Shown: piece by piece, positions 8,890-17,203 of the stretch | Layout: each line of letters starts with the position of its first letter | Position numbering within the stretch: the stretch's first letter is position 1 | Origin: Candidatus Thorarchaeota archaeon SMTZ1-45 | Lineage (GTDB): Archaea; Asgardarchaeota; Thorarchaeia; Thorarchaeales; Thorarchaeaceae | Direction: 5' to 3' | NCBI GenBank assembly: GCA_001563335.1 | Contig: LRSL01000023.1 | Span: 1 to 24,169 of the forward strand | Length of the DNA: 24,169 nucleotides | The notes under the pieces: generated by a model | The model's database searches: none | What the model was told of the DNA's origin: nothing | The model's input: the letters and a program-made list of their open reading frames with translations, nothing else | Made by a program: the position numbers and the translations under genes

Positions 8890-10623
8890 ATGTCGAGAGT
8901 TTCTACCGATTCCTCCTCAAATAGTGATTTTATAGAATTAGCACAACGAGCGTGGGAACAAGCTCTCATTGATTTCTATCATCCTCCCCTTCCAGAACCA
9001 GAGATAGAGAATATAGCAGATGCAGCAAGTTTCTTCTATATTGATTCCGAGAGTTGGACAATTCACCTCAATACTGCAGGTGTCCCTCATTATATGGATG
9101 CCAATGAAGCAGAGCCATATTTGAGGTCAGTCTGTCATCACGAGATTCAGCACTATCTTCTTTGTCCTTATGATGGAGTTACCAATGGGTTTATGTTTGC
9201 TGCAGCTCGAAGAAAGGTCAACGATTCAACAGCAATGTTTGTCTGCAATCTCTTTGCTGATTTAGTTGTTGATTCCAAGCTGTTGAAAAAGTATCCATTA
9301 TTGACACACAGTCGTATCAATGCGTCAATCCATGAATCTGCTCTTAGAGTGCGAGAACATAGTCCACTCTGGATTCTGATAGTTGCTACTTATCGGGCGA
9401 TGTGGGGATTTCCAATTCCTGCTCTAGCTAAGGTTGATGAATCCACATCCACAGCTGCAACCGCAATCGCTAATGTCGCTTGGAAGTCTATTGATAATGA
9501 GATGCGATGGGCAAAAGCCTGCGAAAAGATAGCTAAAATCATTGCGGATTGGATGCCTCAAGATAATGAACAACTACCTGGATGTGGGCTAGATAAATCA
9601 GGAAAAGAAACAGCTGGAGATACAACAGCAGACAGAATCACTATCTGGATCCCACTTGATGTAGATGCAATAATGGGTAATCCAATTGAGGTCAGAAATG
9701 GCGACTTGGCTCGTAAATGCTTGCAGAAAGAGTCATCTACGGACCAAGAAGCTGAGCTGGAAGATTTAGCTATAGATGTTGAACAACGTGGTGGTAATCT
9801 CGAAGACCTAGAGGGTGTTTATCTAGCCGCTGGATTTGGTGACCCTCGAGAATCATGGATTCGTTTCTGGTATCGCGCTAAAGCGAAGGGTTTGTTGCAG
9901 TTTGATGTGAAAGAACGAAAATACTCAGGTAGTTCTCCCCTCTCCCCTCAAACTTGGCGCATGGGTGACCCCATTGAGGACTTGGATATTGTTCAATCAC
10001 TCCAATCTTTCCCAATAATAATACCTAACATTTCTACTCGAAAATGGCTGAAAACAATGTCAGATGGAACGACTCAGTCTAAGTCATTTCCAGATATGCT
10101 TGTGGTGATTGACTCCAGCGGTTCAATGACTTGGGGAATGAACCCGAAGTCAATCAGTGGTCCATATCACACAGCATTGGTCGCAGCTTTCGCTTCAATA
10201 GATGTAGCGTGGAGAATGGGTTCCAGAATAGCTGCAATCAATTTCTCAAGTGATAGCAGAGCAAGTAAATGGTCCACTTCTAAGGTTGAGATTGAACGTA
10301 CTCTACTCACCTATCAGGGAGAAGGTACAGTTGCTCCCGTGAAAAAAATCACTGAATTATGTCAATCAGCTGAATCAAATGTCATGGTGGTTATTATGAC
10401 TGATGCTGAAATCGTCAACTGGGAGAAGTTTGTGGACTTGGTTCGTAACCTTACCAACCAAGGTCATAGATTGTTCTTATTTCATATTTCTGCTAGTCGC
10501 GAGAAAAAGAGCTTAGCCCAACGAGCCTTGGAAGATGCTGGTGCAGTTATATATCCAATCAAGTCTGTGAAAGACTTACCTGGTCTAGTCATTAGAGAAG
10601 TACGCAATATGTACCGACTATAA
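8890..10623 (+). CDS. HEXXH metallopeptidase-like domain fused to a C-terminal vWA (MIDAS) domain; MoxR partner
   Basis: 'HHEIQH' followed by 'NLFADLVVD' (zincin-like third-ligand region). MIDAS DSSGS at 10111-10125 plus 'GT' and 'MTDAE'. Starts 6 nt after the MoxR stop. Confidence 0.85.
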   Translation: MSRVSTDSSSNSDFIELAQRAWEQALIDFYHPPLPEPEIENIADAASFFYIDSESWTIHLNTAGVPHYMDANEAEPYLRSVCHHEIQHYLLCPYDGVTNGFMFAAARRKVNDSTAMFVCNLFADLVVDSKLLKKYPLLTHSRINASIHESALRVREHSPLWILIVATYRAMWGFPIPALAKVDESTSTAATAIANVAWKSIDNEMRWAKACEKIAKIIADWMPQDNEQLPGCGLDKSGKETAGDTTADRITIWIPLDVDAIMGNPIEVRNGDLARKCLQKESSTDQEAELEDLAIDVEQRGGNLEDLEGVYLAAGFGDPRESWIRFWYRAKAKGLLQFDVKERKYSGSSPLSPQTWRMGDPIEDLDIVQSLQSFPIIIPNISTRKWLKTMSDGTTQSKSFPDMLVVIDSSGSMTWGMNPKSISGPYHTALVAAFASIDVAWRMGSRIAAINFSSDSRASKWSTSKVEIERTLLTYQGEGTVAPVKKITELCQSAESNVMVVIMTDAEIVNWEKFVDLVRNLTNQGHRLFLFHISASREKKSLAQRALEDAGAVIYPIKSVKDLPGLVIREVRNMYRL

Positions 10624-10717
10624 TTCTCCTTATACACTACCCAAACGCTTATCTCAGTCATGAGGTCGCAACGCACGTCACTCGGACCGAACCGAGCCCT
10701 CTAGAGGCAGTGATTTC

Positions 10718-11560
10718 ATGTATAAGATCCTCTTCAAACAGGTCTTGAATCCCGTCACAAAAATGATGGTCATTGACGCTCCAGAAATCGCTAAGGTGTG
10801 TAAACCCGGTCAGTTTGTCATGATACGAGTTAATGAAACTGGAGAGAGATTTCCTCTCACGATTGGCGACTTTGACCGAGAAAAGGGCACTATCACAATT
10901 GTTTTTCAAGAGGTTGGTAAATCAACCATGCTACTAGGAAGTCTAGGGAAAGGCGATGAGATTCTAGATTTTGTGGGTCCTCTTGGGAAACCCTCTCCGA
11001 CAGACAAGAAGTACGGAACAGTCGTTGCAATCGGTGGTGGATGCGGAAGTGCAATTGTATTTCCAGTTGCTAGAGCTTTCAAGGAGGCTGGGAATTTTCT
11101 TATCACAATCAATGGTGCTCGGAGTATGGACCTTCTTCTTTATAGAAACGAAATGGAAGAAATCAGTGATGAAACCTATGAAACCACTGATGATGGATCA
11201 TGTGGAGTACATGGATTCGTGACCACGGTTCTTTCTGATTTGATCTCTCAAGGTCGACAAATTGATCTAGTCTTTGCCGTGGGCCCCGTTCCCATGATGA
11301 AGTTTGTATCGAAGACCACTGAAGCAAAGAAGATACCCACTTTAGTGAGCCTCAATAGCATAATGGTTGATGGGACTGGAATGTGTGGCGCTTGCCGTGT
11401 CAATGTTGGTGGACAGATGAAATTCACCTGTGTTGATGGACCTGAGTTTGATGGTCATCAGGTTGACTTTGATGAGCTTATGGGACGTCTGAATGCATAT
11501 CTTGAGCAAGAGGCTATTTCTGAGAAACAATGGGTTGAAGAGCATGGAGGTACAGCTTAA
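10718..11560 (+). CDS. nfnA: Electron-bifurcating transhydrogenase small subunit NfnA (SudB-like)
   Basis: 'PGQFVMIR', 'ERFPLTI', 'GPLGKP', 'GPVPMMK', and the [2Fe-2S] motif 'DGTGMCGACRV...TCVDGPEF'. Its stop overlaps the next start (TAATG). Confidence 0.9.
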   Translation: MYKILFKQVLNPVTKMMVIDAPEIAKVCKPGQFVMIRVNETGERFPLTIGDFDREKGTITIVFQEVGKSTMLLGSLGKGDEILDFVGPLGKPSPTDKKYGTVVAIGGGCGSAIVFPVARAFKEAGNFLITINGARSMDLLLYRNEMEEISDETYETTDDGSCGVHGFVTTVLSDLISQGRQIDLVFAVGPVPMMKFVSKTTEAKKIPTLVSLNSIMVDGTGMCGACRVNVGGQMKFTCVDGPEFDGHQVDFDELMGRLNAYLEQEAISEKQWVEEHGGTA

Positions 11561-12993
11561 TGTCGGAGGAGACGGGACAAACTACCACAAAGAAACGTGA
11601 GCGGCCTCCGCCGACAAAGAAAGTTCCTATGCCAGAACAAGACCCAATTCTGAGAGGTAAGAATTTCCAGGAGGTAGCTCTTGGCTATACTGCTGAGCAG
11701 GCAGTAGAAGAGGCTAACAAATGCCTGCATTGCCGCAACCCAAAATGCATCAGTGGTTGTCCAGTAGAAGTCGATATCAAAGAATTCATTGAACTCATTC
11801 GAGAGAAGAAATTCATGGAAGCTGCTCTCAAAATCAAGGAAACCAATAGTCTACCGGCTATTTGTGGTCGTGTATGTCCTCAAGAAACTCAGTGCGAAGC
11901 ACCCTGCATTTATGGTATCCGAAATGAACCAATTGCAGTTGGTCGTCTTGAGCGTTTTGTTGCAGATTACGCACGGGCACATGGCGAACCGCTTCCAAAG
12001 TTGCCTAAGAAGAATGGAAAGAAGATTGCTGTCATTGGTTCGGGTCCTGCCGGTCTGACCTGTGCTGGTGATCTCATAAAACTAGGTTATGATGTCACAA
12101 TTTTCGAAGCTTTCCACAAGCCTGGAGGTGTTCTTATTTATGGAATACCTGAGTTCAGGTTACCTAAGGAAATTGTTACCGCTGAGGTGGAATACCTCGA
12201 GAGGATTGGCGTCGAAATCAAATATAACCATGTCATTGGTAAGATTAGAACTGTAGTCGAATTGATGAATGAAGATGGTTATGACGCGGTCTTCCTTGGG
12301 ACTGGAGCTGGTGCGCCTAACTTCATGAGAATACCTGGAATGAATCTGGTTACAGTATTTTCAGCAAATGAGTTCCTAACCAGAGTGAATCTGATGAAAG
12401 CATACGAATTTCCTAAATATGATACCCCTGTTCGAATTGGTAATCGTGTTGCTGTCATAGGCGGTGGAAATGTCGCCATGGATGCTGCGAGAACATCCCT
12501 TCGATTAGGAGCAGAGGAAGTCATTATTGTCTATAGGCGCTCTCGAGATGAACTTCCAGCTCGTCTTGAGGAAGTACACCATGCAGAGGAGGAGGGCGTG
12601 CAATTTCGTCTTCTCACGAACCCGACTGAGGTAATAGGAAATGAGAGGGGTGAAGTCATTGGGATGCAATGCATCAAGATGGAACTTGGGGAGCCAGACG
12701 ATTCTGGAAGGGCTCGTCCTATACCTATTGAAGGATCTGAGTTCATAATGGATGTGGACACGGTAATCGTTGCTATTGGTAACTCTCCTAATCCAATTAT
12801 CCCACAGACTACCCCTGGCCTTGAAGTCACTCGATGGGGCACCATAGTCATAGACGAAGAAACAGGTATGACCACTCTTCCTGGAGTTTTCGCTGGAGGA
12901 GATATCGTCACAGGTGCCGCTACAGTAATCAGTGCGATGGGTGCTGGCAAGCGAGCAGCTCGGGGAATTCACAAGTACATCTTTGATGAATAG
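11560..12993 (+). CDS. nfnB: Electron-bifurcating transhydrogenase large subunit NfnB (SudA/GltD-like)
   Basis: Fe-S motifs 'CLHCRNPKCISGCP' and 'CGRVCPQETQCE'. FAD Rossmann motif GSGPAG, NADPH motif GGGNVAMD/YRRS, and C-terminal 'FAGGDIVTGAATVI'. Paired with nfnA. Confidence 0.9.
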   Translation: MSEETGQTTTKKRERPPPTKKVPMPEQDPILRGKNFQEVALGYTAEQAVEEANKCLHCRNPKCISGCPVEVDIKEFIELIREKKFMEAALKIKETNSLPAICGRVCPQETQCEAPCIYGIRNEPIAVGRLERFVADYARAHGEPLPKLPKKNGKKIAVIGSGPAGLTCAGDLIKLGYDVTIFEAFHKPGGVLIYGIPEFRLPKEIVTAEVEYLERIGVEIKYNHVIGKIRTVVELMNEDGYDAVFLGTGAGAPNFMRIPGMNLVTVFSANEFLTRVNLMKAYEFPKYDTPVRIGNRVAVIGGGNVAMDAARTSLRLGAEEVIIVYRRSRDELPARLEEVHHAEEEGVQFRLLTNPTEVIGNERGEVIGMQCIKMELGEPDDSGRARPIPIEGSEFIMDVDTVIVAIGNSPNPIIPQTTPGLEVTRWGTIVIDEETGMTTLPGVFAGGDIVTGAATVISAMGAGKRAARGIHKYIFDE

Positions 12994-13002
12994 ATACTCT
13001 TT

Positions 13003-13021
13003 GGAGCTCACTATGAGCTCC
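13003..13021. terminator. Perfect 8-bp inverted repeat at a convergent gene junction
   Basis: GGAGCTCA-CTA-TGAGCTCC lies between the nfnB stop (12993) and the methyltransferase stop (13028). Confidence 0.5.
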
Positions 13022-13027
13022 TATGTT

Positions 13028-13708
13028 TCATTTTTCTACATCTATCTCACAGAAAACACTTGATTGATTTACTTCGACAATCTCGGCTTTTAGTTCTAAT
13101 AATGAAGTGAGTGCTAGGAAGTCTTCTTCACGAAACGTTGTTGATTTGAATCCATCCTTGCAAACAATGATTCCTTTTTTGGTTTCATTCCAGTCAATCT
13201 CCCCCAAGAGCCCTTCCTTTGCTTGGACCACAAACCATTCGAGTCTATGTTTCCAAAATTTGTCTGAGTAGCTTGAGAAGAAACATTTTCCTCCATTCTT
13301 GGTCACCCGGATAGATTCCATAACTAATTTCTTTGGTTCAATTTTAAACGCTGAAATTCCATTCTGAATGCAGATGGTCTTGTGGAAGGTATTATCATGG
13401 AATCCAAGAGTAGCAGCATCCATTTGGTATAGGTGACACCTAGACTTTTTCTGTAACAACACTTTTGCTAATTCAAGGCTGCTCTTTGAACTATCAATAC
13501 CCGCAACCATGTGAGATCTGCCCGCAAGATGTTCAAGAACCCTGCCATAACCACACCCAAGCTCAAGTACATCATCAGTTTGATCAATGTGTGTTAGGAC
13601 ATGTGTAATCTCCGCCTCCAAATATTCAACAACCCGTGATGATGCTATATCATAACATTTCTTCAGCTTGTTCGCAGAGAGTTTTGATTCATAGTATTGA
13701 TCTGTCAA
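13028..13708 (-). CDS. Class I SAM-dependent methyltransferase
   Basis: Motif I 'VLELGCGYGR', 'GIDSS', 'QMDA' and 'RVTKNGG'. TTG start preceded by GAGG/AGGA. Substrate unknown. Confidence 0.85.
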   Translation of the reverse strand: MTDQYYESKLSANKLKKCYDIASSRVVEYLEAEITHVLTHIDQTDDVLELGCGYGRVLEHLAGRSHMVAGIDSSKSSLELAKVLLQKKSRCHLYQMDAATLGFHDNTFHKTICIQNGISAFKIEPKKLVMESIRVTKNGGKCFFSSYSDKFWKHRLEWFVVQAKEGLLGEIDWNETKKGIIVCKDGFKSTTFREEDFLALTSLLELKAEIVEVNQSSVFCEIDVEK

Positions 13709-13737
13709 TCAAGTTCCTATCCTCGATAAATCCAATG

Positions 13738-13808
13738 GTGATGAATTTTCCGAGCTGAGAATGAATTGATATAGGGGGTCGTCCACAGGATACACATTCC
13801 CAATCTGA
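13738..13808 (+). ncRNA. Candidate box C/D-like sRNA or K-turn element
   Basis: Consensus box C GTGATGA (13738-13744), a 10-nt spacer, CTGA (13755-13758), a degenerate C'-like ATGAATT, and a second CTGA (13805-13808). The second spacer is longer than typical and there is no clear terminal stem. Confidence 0.25.
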
Positions 13809-13819
13809 GCGTGAAGGAT

Positions 13820-15334
13820 ATGGAGAAGAATCCAATCACAACTGAGGAAATGCGCATTCTTGAATTAAACGCGCAGTATCTTGGTGTGACTCATAGCATG
13901 CTGATGCAAAATGCTGGTCGTGAAGTGGCTCGAGTCGTCGAAAGTACATCAAAGGTTGAAGGAAAACATATTGTTATAGTGTGTGGCCTTGGTGGAAACG
14001 GAGGCGATGGAATTGTCGCCGCTAGATATCTTGATGAAGCGGGTGCAAATATTGATGTTCACCTTCTTGGGGATGCGAAAACAATTACGAATAGAGATAC
14101 ACTCCACAATTGGGATATTCTGAACAATCTTCATGATATCTTAAGTTCTGAGTTGTTAACAGAATCTGCTGTAAAATCATGCAAGTCAATTAAGGAAGCT
14201 GATATCCTAATAGATGGAATTATGGGATTTGGTCTTCGTACAAAACTAAGAGAACCACTGTTTTCAGCTGTGAAAGTAATCAACCAATCTCCAGCTATCA
14301 AGTACTCAATTGATGTTCCTAGTGGAATTGATTCTGAAACAGGAGTTGTTCATGGTGTTGCAGTCAAAGCGGACCATACAATAGCACTTCATGCATCAAA
14401 AGTTGGAATGAGCCATGCTAAGGACTATATTGGGAAACTTCATGTTGTTTCGATTGGCATTCCAAAAGAGGCAAAATATACCTGTGGTCCTGGAGATCTG
14501 ATTCCCTTCAAACAACTACGCACAGCTCATTCAAAGAAGGGGGATTTTGGTCGAATACTTGTTGTAGGGGGAAGTGATGTTTATTCAGGAGCACCAGCAC
14601 TCGCAGGAATGGCAGCTCTTAGAACTGGTGCTGACCTCGTGAGTGTATTGGCTCCTGATCCAGTTGTTTCAGCTATTAGATCGTATAGTCCAAATCTAAT
14701 GGTAAGAAGTATGGGAACTCAGTTGTTGCTCCCAGAAACAGTGACCAATGTTGTGGAACTTGCCAACCAAGCTCATGTTGTTGCTTTAGGTCCGGGTCTA
14801 GGATTAGAACAACAGACAAAAGTTGCTGTCACCTCTATTGTTGAACAACTTGTAAAGTCGAAGAAACCGCTAGTTCTTGATGCTGATGGTCTCAAGGCTT
14901 TGGCATCTTCTGAGCTCAAGCTGAATCCTGAAATATCTGTCCTAACACCTCACTGGGGGGAGTTGTCTATTCTGATGGATGAGAATTTAGGGGATGCAAC
15001 ATTGCTACCTAATAGAGTTGACCAAGCAGCCGCTTGTGCAAAGAAGTATAATTCAGTCATACTTCTAAAAGGTCCAATTGATGTGATAGCTGATCCTGAT
15101 GGACAAATAAAGCTGAATAGAACTGGTGTCCCTGCGATGACAGTTGGTGGAACTGGTGATGTGTTGACTGGTATTGTAGCTGGCTTATTAGCAGGTAATT
15201 CTTCCGCATTTCGAGCTGCAGCAGCAGCAGCTTTTATTTCCGGAGTAGCTGGAGAGTTGGCTTTTAACGAGCGTGGTGACCATATCGTGGCAACTGATTG
15301 CATTGAAAACATCCATTGTGTCTTCGATAGATGA
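13820..15334 (+). CDS. nnr: Bifunctional NAD(P)H-hydrate epimerase/dehydratase (YjeF/Nnr)
   Basis: YjeF_N motifs 'LMQNAG', 'GNGGDG' and 'DVPSG'. Dehydratase-domain motifs 'KGDFG', 'GPGLG', 'DADGL', 'TPHWGEL' and 'GGTGDVLTG'. The start is either GTG 13811 or ATG 13820. Confidence 0.92.
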   Translation: MEKNPITTEEMRILELNAQYLGVTHSMLMQNAGREVARVVESTSKVEGKHIVIVCGLGGNGGDGIVAARYLDEAGANIDVHLLGDAKTITNRDTLHNWDILNNLHDILSSELLTESAVKSCKSIKEADILIDGIMGFGLRTKLREPLFSAVKVINQSPAIKYSIDVPSGIDSETGVVHGVAVKADHTIALHASKVGMSHAKDYIGKLHVVSIGIPKEAKYTCGPGDLIPFKQLRTAHSKKGDFGRILVVGGSDVYSGAPALAGMAALRTGADLVSVLAPDPVVSAIRSYSPNLMVRSMGTQLLLPETVTNVVELANQAHVVALGPGLGLEQQTKVAVTSIVEQLVKSKKPLVLDADGLKALASSELKLNPEISVLTPHWGELSILMDENLGDATLLPNRVDQAAACAKKYNSVILLKGPIDVIADPDGQIKLNRTGVPAMTVGGTGDVLTGIVAGLLAGNSSAFRAAAAAAFISGVAGELAFNERGDHIVATDCIENIHCVFDR

Positions 15335-15351
15335 TAGGACAACTTATCCTA
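15335..15351. terminator. Inverted repeat filling a convergent junction
   Basis: The minus strand reads TAGGATA-AGT-TGTCCTA (7 bp with one U-G pair). It spans the entire 17-nt gap between the nnr and PPAT-DPCK stops. Confidence 0.4.
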
Positions 15352-16341
15352 CTATTGTATTACTGGCATTTGTTCAAGTAGAGCTCGTGCAACTTGTTTG
15401 TTTTCCGGGTTAACCGGAATCCAGACAATCCCTACATTTGGTTGACCATAGAGCACTACTGATTTATCCGAAGCAAGAAGAACAGCGGGAAAACCCATCA
15501 AATCCTCCTCTCCTTCCACCAAGACCAAAGAGTTTGCTTCATCATGAATGGCTGTATCGATAACAGACCATGCCTCTGGATAAATGACCGCAGGGGGATT
15601 GTATATTGTGTAAATTATGTCTCCAGTAAAACGCTCTTCAAAAGGGCCTCGCTTAGTAATACCATCCACAATCATGACATGCGGTGTATATCTCTCTGCG
15701 AGTATTGTGCCAACAGTCACGTCTCCAACAGCAATTACACACTCAGGTGAATCATCCTTTAGTTTTGACACAACTCTTTTCTCAGGTTCTCCATCTACTG
15801 CTGCGAATACTTCACCCTTTGGAGCTTTCAAACCTGATCTCCCTTTCAACGGGAGTTCCCTTGGTGGTTCACTTGTTCCTCTTAGGCGGCGTCCCTCTCT
15901 GTCTATTTCTCCCAAGCGAATCCTGGCTGATGCTAGCTTCCCTCCATCATGAGCACGAACAGGCTTTAGGTATTCCATTGTGTCATTCATACCCATTTTC
16001 TTTTTTCTAATGTCTAATGCACCAGCTTCAATCTCAGTACAACAAGGGCCTTCATACATCATGAATGTGACATCTTCTTTAATTGACAAAAGATCATCGA
16101 ATTTTGTAACAGTCTTGACTGATACACTATTTTCAAGTTCGGTTCTTTGTAGATAGTCCTTCAAGTTTTTTTCTCGGATTTCAATTGGTTGAATAAGCTT
16201 TTCAAGTTCAAGGCCTTTACCTACAAGCTCACCGCCAGTGACACAAGCGATTGGATTTGGCATCTCGGAAAGTCGGTCAATCATAACCTGATGTCCAATA
16301 TGAAGGCGGTCAAATAGGTTGAGACCCCAAGTACTAACCAT
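15352..16341 (-). CDS. Fused phosphopantetheine adenylyltransferase-like (HxGH) domain and GTP-dependent dephospho-CoA kinase (DUF359)
   Basis: N-terminal 'FDRLHIGH' and 'KLASARIRLGEIDREG' (nucleotidyltransferase, PPAT-like). C-terminal DUF359 motifs 'VGDVT', 'IVDGITKR', 'NPPAVI', 'VEGEEDL' and 'VLYGQPNVG'. Confidence 0.82.
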   Translation of the reverse strand: MVSTWGLNLFDRLHIGHQVMIDRLSEMPNPIACVTGGELVGKGLELEKLIQPIEIREKNLKDYLQRTELENSVSVKTVTKFDDLLSIKEDVTFMMYEGPCCTEIEAGALDIRKKKMGMNDTMEYLKPVRAHDGGKLASARIRLGEIDREGRRLRGTSEPPRELPLKGRSGLKAPKGEVFAAVDGEPEKRVVSKLKDDSPECVIAVGDVTVGTILAERYTPHVMIVDGITKRGPFEERFTGDIIYTIYNPPAVIYPEAWSVIDTAIHDEANSLVLVEGEEDLMGFPAVLLASDKSVVLYGQPNVGIVWIPVNPENKQVARALLEQMPVIQ

Positions 16342-16476
16342 CTATTTCACAACACTCTTTCCCTACTGGAGCACTTAATATCTTGCTTGATTTAGATAAT
16401 CAACCTATAGGTTTGACTTCAACACTTGAAACACTTAATACACACGTTTCACTTGAACCCTACAGAATATTGACAA
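16342..16476. promoter_or_regulatory. Divergent promoter region with palindromes and repeats
   Basis: CACTTAATA occurs at 16372 and 16432, giving a TATA-like element for each direction. Inverted repeats lie at 16387-16403, 16402-16413 and 16418-16430. Confidence 0.45.
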
Positions 16477-17193
16477 GTGCCGAAGGTGAAAATACTAGCA
16501 GTTGCAGATGTTCATAGCCCAAGATATCTTCAAGAGTTTATCACAGCTCTAGACCAACATGAACAACCAGATGTGTTCTTGTTTGCAGGGGATATGATAA
16601 ATCGGGGAAATGCAGAGGAGTACAAAAAGGTACTAGATATTATTGAGAGGAGATTCGGTGATACACTTCCTATTGTAGGTTGTTTTGGTAATGAGGAGTA
16701 TAATGAGGTTCGAAAAGAAATATTCTCAATTGTGGGAGATCGAATGATTCTTCTGGATGAGAAGTCAATCATTTTGGAATCAAATAGTTTGAAAGTTGGA
16801 ATTGTTGGCACTCAGGGTTCTCTTGACAAAGCGACAAGCTGGCAACGAAGAAACATTCCTAGTGTCAAAGGTGTATTTGAACGAAGGGCAAAGAGAGCAT
16901 CATCCCTCTTGAAGAAGATGAAGGACAAGGCAGACCATCGAATTCTCTTGATGCATTATAGCCCCTGTCTGGAAACCTGTGAGGGTGAAGACACCAAAGC
17001 ATTCTCTTGGCTTGGTAGTAGAAAATTCTACACTGTAGTTGTTGAACAACAACCTGACTTAGTTGTTCATGGACATGTTCACAATTCTACTAGACATGAA
17101 GTGAGAATAGGTTCAACAATAATCAGGAATGTAGCGTTGCCAGCTGTTGGATCAATCACAGAGTTGAACCTTTGGAATGCTAACCTAGTCTGA
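16477..17193 (+). CDS. Calcineurin-like metallophosphoesterase (copy 1)
   Basis: Motifs 'ADVH', 'AGDMIN', 'FGNEE', 'MHYSP' and 'HGHVH'. Confidence 0.88.
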   Translation: MPKVKILAVADVHSPRYLQEFITALDQHEQPDVFLFAGDMINRGNAEEYKKVLDIIERRFGDTLPIVGCFGNEEYNEVRKEIFSIVGDRMILLDEKSIILESNSLKVGIVGTQGSLDKATSWQRRNIPSVKGVFERRAKRASSLLKKMKDKADHRILLMHYSPCLETCEGEDTKAFSWLGSRKFYTVVVEQQPDLVVHGHVHNSTRHEVRIGSTIIRNVALPAVGSITELNLWNANLV

Positions 17194-17203
17194 AGGATTG
17201 AGA

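Noticed and set aside
8881-8892. MoxR and vWA genes in frame across one TAA (possible midasin-like readthrough fusion)
   Set aside because: In-frame spacing has a one-in-three chance, TAA is an efficient stop, and separate MoxR and vWA genes are the norm.
11560-12993. Glutamate synthase small subunit (gltD/gltA) annotation
   Set aside because: It is coupled to an NfnA/SudB-type gene and there is no glutamate synthase large subunit in the window, so NfnB is the better reading.
12505-13011. 168-aa antisense ORF and the other short shadow ORFs in the track
   Set aside because: They lie antisense or out of frame within well-supported genes and show no motifs.
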